Positions 37,976 to 48,525 of a stretch of 64,000 nt of DNA are shown piece by piece; position 1 is the stretch's first letter, and every line of letters begins with the position of its first letter. The position numbers were made by a program, and so were the translations under genes. Below the pieces are notes generated by a model. That model searched no databases. It was given only the letters and a program-made list of their open reading frames with translations, and was not told the origin of the DNA. This stretch comes from Marsupella aquatica. Its lineage: Eukaryota; Plantae; Marchantiophyta. The stretch covers positions 11,222,138 through 11,286,137 of the forward strand of contig OZ316892.1 of the NCBI GenBank assembly GCA_973895155.1, in the 5' to 3' direction.

Positions 37976-40900
37976 CTACATAGTCTCCGGTTTGGCCCTA
38001 ACATTAATAATATCCACACAATGACTAAAGCTACTGGTAGGCAAAACTTTGGTAAGCATGTCTGCTGCATTCTCCGCTGAAGCCACCTTCTCCAGAAACA
38101 TCTGTTTCGTCTCAATCACCTCACGGATGAAGTGATAACGAATGTCAATGTGCTTTGTCCTGGCATGGAACACAGGGTTCTTAGCCAGATGCAAAGCACT
38201 TTGACTGTCGCACAGCAGCACCGGTCTTTCAGGTGAAAGACCCAAATCACTCACCAATCTCCGTAGCCAGATCAGCTCCTTGGTTGCCTCACATGCAGCC
38301 ATGTACTCAGCCTCAGTAGTAGACAACGCAACACAAGATTGAGTTGCCGACTTCCAGCTGATACAACCTCCACCCAGCATAAACACATAGCCTGTAGTAG
38401 ACTTCCTGTTATCCAAGTTACCAGCATAATCTGAATCTACAAAACCTTCCAACTCTAATGTAGAGTCTGCTTTACCGTCAAATAAGATCCCACAATCTAA
38501 GGTACCTTTCAGATACTGCAAAACCCACTTCACTGCTTCCCAGTGAAGCTTACCAAGATTTGCCATAAATCTGCTCAAAATGCTAACAGCGTGGGCAATG
38601 TCAGGTCTAGTGCATGTCATTGCATACATCAAACTACCCACAACACTATCATAGGGAACATGTTTCATCGCCAGTCTATCACTCTCACTAGAAGGGCAAT
38701 CATTCTTTGAGAGTTTAAAGTGGGAGGCCAATGGAGTACCAACTGGTTTTGCATTCTCCATTCCATACTTGGCAAGTACCTTCTCCAAATACTGCCTCTA
38801 AGACAACCATAATTGCCTTTGCTCCCTGTCATGATGAATCTCCATCCCTAGTATCTTCTTGGCTTGACCCAAGTCCTTCATTGAAAACTCCTTACTCATC
38901 ATTGCTTTCAGATGGGCAACATCAGACTTATTCTCAGCCAGGATCAGCATGTCATCCACGTACAATGCCAGCACAATGTAACCAAAACGTGAGTAATTCT
39001 CCACCTCCTTCATGTAAATACAACAATCATGTTCACTTCGTGTGAACCCCTGGGATAACATAAAGGAATCAAAACGCTTATTCCACTGTCTGGGACTCTG
39101 CTTCAATCCATATAACGAGCGCAAGAGCTTACACACCAAGTGTCTGGTCTTCTCATCAATAAAACCTGGAGGGTGAGTCATATAAATCTCCACATCAAGC
39201 AATTCATGCAGGAAAGCAGTAATTACATCCATCTGATCTAACTCAAGATCATAGAATGCCACAATCGCAAGTAAAACACGGATAGTAGCGAGTTTGACAA
39301 CTGGTGAGAAAATCTCCGTGTAGTCCAAGCCCTCCTTCTGGGTGTACCCTTTGGCCACAAGGCGTGCCTTGTAAGTGCCATCCTGCTTCCTCTTGTACAA
39401 CCATCTACACGGAACCAGTGTTTTCCCGCGAGGCATGTCAGTTAAGCGCCAAGTTGAATTCTTCTTCAAAGAATTCATCTCCTTCAACATCGCCTCCAAC
39501 CACTTATCCTTCTCTGGAGAGGCCATAGCTTCTTCATAGCTAGAGGGGTCTCCATCTTCAGTAAGCAAAACAACACCGGGATCATCGTCATGTTCAACTG
39601 TTAAACGCCAACTTTGACCTTGCGATTAATGGCCGTTTAACTACCTTCTCCTCAGTAATCTTGTTTAAACGATTAATCGACCTTTGAGAGGCGGCACTCC
39701 GTCTATCTCGACACAGTCCCCGTAAGTGAATCCGACCAAGTGCTCTTGAATGTCGAGTTCCGTCTTCCACTTCTTAGGCACTTCAGCCTCGGCCAACACT
39801 AACCCCTCTCTATACACAATCTCAATGAACCCACACCACTTGCGGTAAGTGATCAAGCAAATCGGAATGTTCTCGTATAGTGACTGACGGGAAATAAGAT
39901 GGGTGCCGATAGAACAGATCCACAGTTCCAGTGATCTTAAGGTAATCAAGGAGCAAGACTTGTCGTCACTGCTGTCTGCGTTCATGGTTTTTAGTAGCCG
40001 TGACCTGATTAAGTCCGACTGTCTTTTGAATCAGCCTGCCTGGCAATTGATTTCCGGATTGTGTGAGTGACTATGACAGGGTTACCCTAAGCAAGTACCC
40101 CAGTATCACATTTACCCTTGTATGATGGAGGTGTATGACGACCAGTGTATTGCCTTCAAAACACACTATCTCCAACCAGACACCGCTTCTCACTAGCTGT
40201 CTGTTCAACCTATACCTTGAGGCGCTGGCCCGTAAGGTTCTGGTTCTCAATGAGACGATATTCATTCTTCGTTGCGATTAACGAGTAACGACTTGCTGCA
40301 TAAGGCAAATTCCTTCTCTCTTTCTCTCTCTCTCTGATTCGACGTTCTCATTCACTGCTCAAGTGCGGACTTCACTCTGTTGTATTCATTCCAAACTCTC
40401 TCTTTATACTCAAAGACTACTCAACTGAGTAGGGACACTATTACAAAATTGCTGGCATTCCTAAGGTGAGCGGAGCTCTACCTTGCCCCAGACTTCTAGC
40501 AAAAAGTGACAGAGCGCCTAGCGCTCCACAGCCTCTAAATACCTATGCCTCGTGTCCGTCTTTTCCCGAGGCCTCTACTACTTCTTGGGGTGCGCCGATT
40601 ACAATTTGGACGACTCGCGCCCCCTCTTTGATCTCCTTCGCTCATTCATCAAGAATGCTAACTAATGCCTACCAGAATGATGAGCGGAAGCCAAGAACTG
40701 CTGATTACTATGTCAAGAAGTTCTGTCTTCTTGGTTACTGAACTGTGCAACGGCCTCCTCGATTCTCTTCGGTTGCGCCTGATCCGGAAGCTTCCGGACT
40801 TCCGATTATTAATCTTGCCATATGTGCCTTGACCTCCTGACTTCTGTCATCTTCCTTGGGGTTGCTCGGTTCGCCGGCCACGATTACTTGTTTGGCGGTG

Positions 40901-43853
40901 ATTAATCGCCACGTAATCCGCTGATCGTGGCTGTTCTCCTGTCTTAGCAGTAGATTCCATTTCTTCCGCATGACCTTTCTACAGAGTTCTTCGATGGCCT
41001 CGCCGGTGGTGAATCATTGGCGGAACTCTTCGCCCTTCATTCCGAACAATTGTTGCCCTGCCGCATCCCATACATGACAGCTTCCTTCTTTGATCCGAAT
41101 AGTGAACATGAACATAGGCACTCCTTCGCCTAGCGACTTACACTCATGAGCTAACCGATTCCTGCTAACGGGGGTTCCTATATTCGCCCCCCCCTTGCCT
41201 TCTCTGTCGAGCTCTTGTGCCTAAGGCACATACTCTGCCATCTGCTAGTAAGCCATCGCAGCCTTCATAGCAGAACTCGACTCCTACACGACCGTTAATC
41301 GAGATGATCGTTGCCTCCCCTACTTCCAGCCTTTCTGTCATCTCAACAAAATGAATAACCACTGGTCCTTGCTTACTACTTCCTAAATACTCTTGGTTGA
41401 CCTCTAGTTGACACTTCTAAACCTAAAAAAACTATAATATCGCCGGTGTTATTTTTATCGTTTACATCAATAACGTGAACACGAGGATCTGCAAAACCAA
41501 ATCTATCAGGGGGTTGGCCAAAATTGGCCCTGGTGGAGCGCCTTGGTTGAGGAATTGCTCCTCTACCAGAGGGACCAGCAGCTTCCTCATCACCACCAAG
41601 CTCCACCGTAGTGGGTTCCTCCTGAATATCCCGGGGTCTTGACAACCATTCTTTGTCAAAAACAACATTTCTGCTCACAACTGCCTTGCAATCGACAGGA
41701 TCCCACAATTTATAGCCCTTCTGCCCAGGACTAAAGCCTAGAAAAATACATTTCTTAGACTTGGGATCCAACTTAGACCTGTGTGTCTGCTCAATGTGAA
41801 CATAGGCAGCACAACCAAAAACTCGGAGTCTAGAGTAATTAGCAGGTCTCTTATATCATAACTCAAATGGAGTCTGCATCAACTTACTACTATGCGGTGA
41901 CAGATTGTAGATGTATGCAGCTTGGTTGACAGCTTCAGCCCAAAAGTTGTTGGGCAACTTGGACTTACATAGCATGCTGCGTGCTTTCTCCAGTAATGTC
42001 TGATTCAACCGTTCTGCAACTCCATTCTGCTGCGGGGTCTCTGGTATAGTGTAATGACACTTGAGGCCAAGGTCCCGACCAAATTGATCAAACTCATTGG
42101 ACTTATACTCGCCACCGTTATCGGACCGAACACACTTCAACTCCTTCCCAGTTTGTAGCTCTACCATGGCTTTCCACTCCTTGAAAATCTCAAAGACTTG
42201 AGACTTCTCCTTCATGTAGTACAACCAACACATTCGAGAGTAATCATCTACAAACGTCACAAAATATCTGGCTCCACCCAACGATGGCTCCGGTGCTGGA
42301 CCCCAAACATCCGAATGTACATACTCAAGAATCTCATGAGAATGGTATGAACTAGAACTGAAACTCACTCTCCTCTGCTTGCCAAAGATGCAATCTTCAC
42401 AGAAAGAGAGTTTACCAGATTGAGCGCCTTGCAGCAATTCTCTGTTTGCCAAGGCTGCCAATCCTTTACCACTCAAGTGCCCCAACCGTGCATGCCACAA
42501 ATCTATGGCTTGTGTGCGACCAGATGTTGAGGGTGCTTCAATTGAAGCAACTGTAGATGATTCTATAGCAGATGTTGCCGTTGCATCCGAACTTTCCACC
42601 ACAGAATCCACATGCTCCACTCTAGGAGCAATGACATCTCCTTCCAAGATGTACAAATTATTCTGCCGTAGCACCTTAATCAAAGATACATCATCTTTGA
42701 CGACAAAGAGCGCACCATCACGTGCGGTGAAATGAGATCCACCAGCTTCCAAAGCACCAAGAGAAATCAAATTCTTAGAGATGTCTGGTATGTGTCTGAC
42801 TTGCGTCAGTGCTCGCACAACACCATCAAACATCCAGAATTTGATAGTCCCCATGCCAACAATCGCACATCGGACTCCATTTCCGATTTCCACAATACCG
42901 GTACAAGGTTGGTAAGTGGAGAAATACGATTGCGTTGGACACACGTGACAAGAGGAACCCGAATCCAACATCCATTTATTGTCATACACTGAATTCACAA
43001 CACCAATACATAGCACTTCAGCAGCATCCTCATTGTCAGCAATCACAATACCAACTGACGATGAGGACGCACCATTGGAAGCAGGACGCTTCTGCTTCGA
43101 CAGAGAAGGACAATTCCACTTGGTGTGGCCCTTCTCATGGCAATGCCAACACTGAACTTTCTTACTACGGGACTTAGATTTAGATCTACTGTGTGATTTA
43201 GATCTAGACTGATCCGTAGTACACTCCGTCGATCTGCCTCTAACCACTAAGGTAGCAGAGTCATTGTCACAGCCAGAAAGTTATTACTTGCCCCATTTTG
43301 CAAGAATGGTAGCCTTTACCTCATCCAGCTTCAACGTAGACTTGTCATGTGTGATGACCGTCACCAACGTCGAATAGCTCTGAGGAAGCGACATCAACAA
43401 ATGCATTGCAAGATACTCATCGGTCAACTTGTCTCCCACCGTGGTCACCTCGTGCACAATCTCATCGAAGAGACTGAGATGATCACGCATGTTGCCACCA
43501 TCCTTCAACTTCAACCTGAACAGCCGCTCCAAGTGATAAATGCGAGTAGTCAACGAAGTACTCTGGTATAGCTGAGTAAGCATATCCCAAATCTTCTTGG
43601 CATTCCGATCCATCCCCAAAACGTTCTTGAGAATGTTGTTTGCCAAGAACAACTCAATTGTGCTACACGCCTGCACCGACATGTCCTCCCACTCCTCATC
43701 TGTTAGATTCGAGGGTTTCACTCCAGTGAGGGTCTTCTCAAGACCTTGCTGGATCAACACATTGGTCACCTTTCGAGTCCAGAGGCTGAAGCTGACCTTC
43801 CCGTCAAACTTCTCCACCTCAAACTTTGGCGCCGCAAGCTTTCTTGAAGTCAT
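37976..43853 (-). pseudogene. Copia-2 gag-pol with in-frame stops, split by solo LTR B
   Basis: MTSRKLAAPKFEVEKFDGKVSFSLW, CWHCHEKGHTKWNC, WMLDSGSSCH, LWHARLGH, VHSDVWGPA, YKARLVAKGYTQ, LYVDDML, DSDYAG and TKHIDIRYHFIRE. Confidence 0.93.
39599..41466. mobile_element. Solo LTR B (1868 bp, probably Gypsy-type) inserted in Copia-2 INT-RT linker
   Basis: TGTTAAACG...CGTTTACA termini and TSD TCAAC/TCAAT (one transition). Removal restores the pol frame (RVHVIEHDDDPGVVLL). The superfamily is inferred only from its length and end motifs. Confidence 0.82.
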
Positions 43854-45483
43854 TGATGCTGCTACAAAAACACAGGAAACACACAACCAAAATACCTCCA
43901 CCCAAATTCACCAAAAAATGAAAGTTGGCGAAAATGGATATGGAATGCACCGCCGCGTAGCCTGCAAGGTACACTGCCAAGATCTGAAAACGATTTGACG
44001 AAAAACTTTTTCAGCGAAAACTTATTCAACCCGGACCGGAGGTGGGTTAAAATGGCCGTTTTGACCCCCGTCGGGTATCTTAGGTCCTGAAAAAATTCCG
44101 CAACAGCAACGCACAAATCGACTTCACTAGCCCGTGCTCAACTCCCTTGAGTATCCCCTTGAAAAGTGTCGCAGAAAAATTCTGCTTCGACGACCGCCAA
44201 AATTGAAAATTTCAGGCAAAAATCAGCTCTCTGGAAAAGTATCTTTTATAGGGAATCAAAGTACAGTCAAAATGTACAGCAGAAGGAACGTGGAGTTGAC
44301 ACCTGTCCGCCTTGGAAGGAAGAGAAATTGCGGAAAGAAAAAGAAAGGAACAAATTAAAAAAGACAATGAGTACTAAGGACGAGCGTTTGTCCCCGCCCC
44401 CCCAACCTCAAAAATTTCTTTTAGAAAAAACTTCCTGCCTTGCCCCTCCGACCCTCCTTGTCTAGCCCTTCACAGCCTGGGTACAAAAATACAGCTTCCA
44501 AGGGCAGAGAGCGTGTGTGCTCCCCCGCCCTTCCTTAGTGCCATACAAGCTTGGGCCTTAGGTACAAGCGTACCTGCCCTTCCTTAAATGAAAATTCCCC
44601 ACATTTGGGCCTTCCAAGCACTTTGGAAAAAAAATAATGATGCTTTGTACTTTGTACCACCTACACACCTGCAGTACCTTCTTTTCTGATATCAAATGAA
44701 AACTCCATGGAAAAGAAACTCTACGCTTCCTATCCCCTTTATGGACTGTTGTACTTGCAAGTACAATTGTACCTATTATGTGCAACTACTGCACACAGTA
44801 CCTCCATACTTGGGAAATGATGGGTCCTCTCGTACCTTTGTACCTGCGTATAGGGTACAGGCCTAATCAAGGCCTCTCATACCCCCTCTAGCCTCGTATT
44901 GCCCTAATACTCATGCACAAGCTTGTACTTGTAGTCGCCCCCTCCTGTACTGCACTTTAGTGTATATACGCGCACGATGAGCGTGCGCGCCGCCGCAAAT
45001 TAGTGCGGTGCGGCAACTCACACAACGAAGAACGACGAGAAAAATGGCAACAATCCGGTTCCCCGTATCCAAGTATTCAACAAGCTAAACGGTCCCACAT
45101 ACCCCACAGGACCCACAAAAATGTGACATAAGCCATAGCCAAGAGCGTTAAGCTCTAAAGAGCAAACTCAAATTGAGATTACTTTGCACTCTAATGACGA
45201 AACATCCTGAAAATTTGCCAAGATATAGTGCTCGCCAATGCGCACGAGTAATCGTTGGATTGTCCTCTTGACAGTACTCCAAAGAACAGAGACACGTCCG
45301 ACACTCCACGATGAAGCTTCAATCGGGAAACCGTCACCGCTTTCAAACACGAAACCTCCAATGAAAAACGACCAGTGAAACGATCACGCAACCGTCATTG
45401 ACGATTCAATCTTTCACCCCGATCCAGCACACAAACGCTCTGCCCAAGCCACCAAACCACGAACACGAAGCTCTGATACCACT

Positions 45484-45777
45484 TGTAAGAAACCGTCAGC
45501 TCCGGACTAGACAGCAATGCGAAAACATGAGAGACACTCAATCAGACGCTACACTGACGAGACACCCCGAGTGGAGAAACTCCTGAAGGCTCAATAGCAA
45601 ATGAGAGTACATGTGAAGAATGAGGGAGAGAGTGGTCTCCCTCCAGCCTATACCCCCCAAGGGGGCCAAGATGAGTGGGCCTAAACAAAGTGGATCTTAT
45701 CCTAATATAATCTAGGGTTAACTAACCCTAGTAAGGCCAAAATAAACTAAGTCGGGAACTCGAGTCAATTTCTAACA
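45484..45777 (-). repeat. 5' LTR of Copia-2
   Basis: TG...CA termini, adjacent to the minus-strand PBS. Confidence 0.93.
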
Positions 45778-47054
45778 ATTTCATGCTTGCTCAAGGTTTT
45801 ACAAGGATGGTGTATGATCCTTGTGTGTATACAAAATCAGTCAAGAATGATGTATTTGGTTTCATCATTCTGGTGATCTATGTGGATGACATGCTGATTG
45901 TGGCTAAAGATTAATATGAGGTTGACAGTCTCAAGGCAAAATTGAGTGCTGAATTCAGGATGAAGGATCTTGGTAAGGCCAAGAGGATCTTAGGGATGGA
46001 GATTTTTAGGAACTCTGATACTGGACAGTTGTGCTTGAGTCAGGGCCAGTATGCGAGGAAAGTACTTGCACGATTCAACATGGAAAACTGTAAGCCAGTG
46101 AGTATTTCTTTAGCTTCACATTTCAAGTTATCATCGGCTTTCTCTCCTACGGATGCTGTGGAGAAAGGTCTGATGGCTAAGATTCCTTATGAGAAGGCAG
46201 TAGGCAGTCTGATGTATTTGATGACTTGTACTAGGCCTGACTTGGCCCTAGCGATGGGCAAGGTTAGCAGATTCATGTCAAATCCAGGGAAGGTACATTG
46301 GGAAGCTGTGAAGTGGATTCTCAGGTATCTAAAAGGAACACAGGACTATGGATTACTATTTGATAACAGATCAGATAGAACGTTAGTTGGCTATGTAGAT
46401 TTTGACTATGGAGGCTGTCTGGATACAAGGAGGTCTACAACTGGGTTTGTATACACTCTTGGAGGAGGATGTATCAATTGGAAATCTACCTTGCAAAAGT
46501 GCATATCTCAGTCTACTACGAAAGCAGAGTATGTTGCAGCAGTAGAAGCAGCAAAGGAAGCAATTTGGTTGGACAAGTTGATCGCGGAGATGGGTTTAGA
46601 GCATAGCAAAATGAATCTAAACTATGATAGTCAGAGTGCTCTTCACTTGGCTGCTAACCAGGTGATGGATAGCAGGGTGAGGCACATTGATATCAGGTAC
46701 CATTTTATCAGGCAAGCAGTGTCTGATAAAACTTTTGAGCTAGTCAAGATTGATGGAAAGCTCAATCCCGCTGATGCCTTTACCAAAGTGATTCCTTTGG
46801 AGAGTTTCTCAAGACATCGTGCTACTTTGCAGGTTTTGCAGTTGTAATGCAAGTAGAGTTATTTAACAATGTGTGACTATTTGTATATGGATTACTCATT
46901 CCTGTTAGGCTACGGCTTAGTTCTAGTTAACCCTTAGTTAACCCTTGTGGTTTTTAGGGGGAGACCTGGTTTGGTGATTGTCTAGAACTTCCCGCTGAGG
47001 ATTCCATATGATAGCATTTAGTTCAGTCCCCAAGACAAGACTCAAAGGGGAGTT

Positions 47055-47398
47055 TGTTAGATATTGCTCTAGTCTTGTGACTCATGAGCTAACTACAATT
47101 AGGCTAACTTGGGTTAGGACTTAGCTAATGTTAGCGGTAGTGCTGTTGTGTATATAGCCAGGGCTGATGCCAGACCCTGGTGGAACTTAGGCTCATTGTT
47201 ATGGAGCTAGTTGAGAGATAGGGAGAGCTTGTGCTGTGGATGTTTGGTATGGCCGGTCGGCCTAAAGTGCAGTAAAGCTCTTGTGTGCCCCTGTGGACGT
47301 AGCCTCATGTGGAGGTGAACCATGTATCTCTCTGTGTCGACTATTGTGCATTAGATGGTTCATGGGCTTGTCGTTGCGAATGTCGTCTATGCTCAACA
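47055..47398 (+). repeat. 3' LTR of Copia-1
   Basis: Preceded by the PPT and followed by TSD GTGAC. Confidence 0.95.
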
Positions 47399-47827
47399 GT
47401 GACCAAAGTGCTCTTTGGCCATAGGCCTGGTCATATTCACTATTACTAGGGAGTGTCAAAGGCTTCCCAAGGGAGACTCCAAAGTGCCATAAGTGTGGTT
47501 GCAAGTCTTACACCTGCTACTAGTACAACAACAATGTGCACCAGTTTCTAGCATGAAGATTTGTCAATGTGCATTGAATTCAAAGTTAATGAGGGCCCCA
47601 CTTTCATCTAGCCTAGAACTTCCATTCAAATATGCCTCCATGAGAGTGACTTAGGTTGAGGTCCTTGAAAGAGCAATGCCCACTATACTAGCAGATGATT
47701 GACTTTGACAAAGTGAAGTCCTAACATTGGGACCTGGCTGAATATGGTGTGTATCTGGGCGGGTAGTCTAGAATATTACAACTAGATGTGAAGAATATAC
47801 AGGGAAATATATGACACGGTGAGAGAA

Positions 47828-48153
47828 TATTGAGCAAAAATGACATCCACAATGGCAAGCCCATGAACATCCAATGCACAAGTAGTCAACACAAAGAGAT
47901 ACATGGTTCACCTCAGCTAAGGCTATGTCCAGGGGAACACACGAGAGCTTTATTACACTCTAGGCCCATTGGCATATTGAGTCTCAGCTATACAAGATAT
48001 CTCTATCTTTCAACTAGCTCCATAACAATGACCCTGAGTTCCTTCTATCCAAATAAACAAACACCTATTGGGATATAGTGTGCAACCTAGATTGTAACTA
48101 AGGTCAACTATAGTTACAATTGTAGCCCTAGACCTAAGAGTAAATGCCTAACA
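47828..48153 (-). mobile_element. Old solo LTR related to Copia-1 LTR, inverted
   Basis: Matches the reverse complement of the Copia-1 LTR (GGCAAGCCCATGAAC, GAGATAC.TGGTTCACCTC, GAGCTTTA..CACTCTAGGCC, TCAACTAGCTCC.TAACAATGA) and ends CTAACA. It is absent from the other copy of the tandem duplication. No TSD is visible. Confidence 0.8.
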
Positions 48154-48287
48154 TGTATACAACATACAACATGAGGGAAGACAAATGATTTCACATGATA
48201 GCCATGGAGTGGAGGACCAAAGGAAGATTCTCTTTGTCATCTTGTGACCAAAGCTCTATATGACCACAAGCCTGGTAATATTCACTA

Positions 48288-48525
48288 CGAGCCCTATGCC
48301 TGTGCATTGCACGGCGCAAGGAGGGGCGGCCCATAGGGTGACGGGCCGGGGCATTATGGGGCAGTGTGGGGAAGCACATATGTGCCAGGGGTGCCCATTT
48401 CCTCCATCAATGATCAAGGAAAACAGTCAAACAAATCCAATGGTTGTGGATCTTTCCCGCCCATGAGATTTTTTGTATTGGGACAAAGGACGAAAACATG
48501 CGGGATCCCTTATTATAGTCGAAGA
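48288..48525 (-). mobile_element. Short non-autonomous Helitron-like element, copy 2 (238 bp)
   Basis: 5'-TCTTCGACTATAATAAGGG ... hairpin GTGCAATGCAC ... GGGCTCG-3'. The paralogous empty site at ~47430-47450 (ATATTCACTA|TTACTAGGG) shows an A^T insertion without TSD. Confidence 0.85.

Larger units (their letters stand above)
37615..45777 (-). mobile_element. Full-length Ty1/Copia LTR retrotransposon (Copia-2) nested antisense in Copia-1 RT
   Basis: 294-bp LTRs (45484-45777 and 37615-37908, 9 differences), TSD ATTTC (37610-37614, 45778-45782), PBS TGGTATCAGAGC at 45481-45470, and PPT TCAAGGTGGAGAT at 37921-37909. Confidence 0.96.
33208..46847 (+). pseudogene. Copia-1 gag-pol, in three pieces (33208-35779, 36974-37614, 45783-46847) with in-frame stops
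   Basis: Gag KFEVEKYDG, zinc knuckle CWNCGKPGHMKRDC, protease WILDSACTFH, integrase LWHFRLGH..CEHC..VHSDVWG..SDNGGEY..PQQNGVSER, RT YKARLVAKGFTQ..YVDDMLI and RNaseH ..HIDIRYHFIR. Confidence 0.93.
31176..47398 (+). mobile_element. Full-length Ty1/Copia LTR retrotransposon (Copia-1, Tnt1/Tork-like), degenerate, host of nested insertions
   Basis: 344-bp TG...CA LTRs (31176-31519, 47055-47398), TSD GTGAC on both sides, tRNA-iMet PBS TGGTATCAGAGC at 31522-31533, PPT AAAGGGGAGTT at 47044-47054, and gag-PR-INT-RT-RH domain order. Confidence 0.96.

Noticed and set aside
39665-41362. Short ORFs inside the 1.9-kb insertion as an extra (env-like) retroelement gene
   Set aside because: The segment has TG..CA ends and a TSD, and its removal restores pol. 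It is a solo LTR with no recognisable protein.
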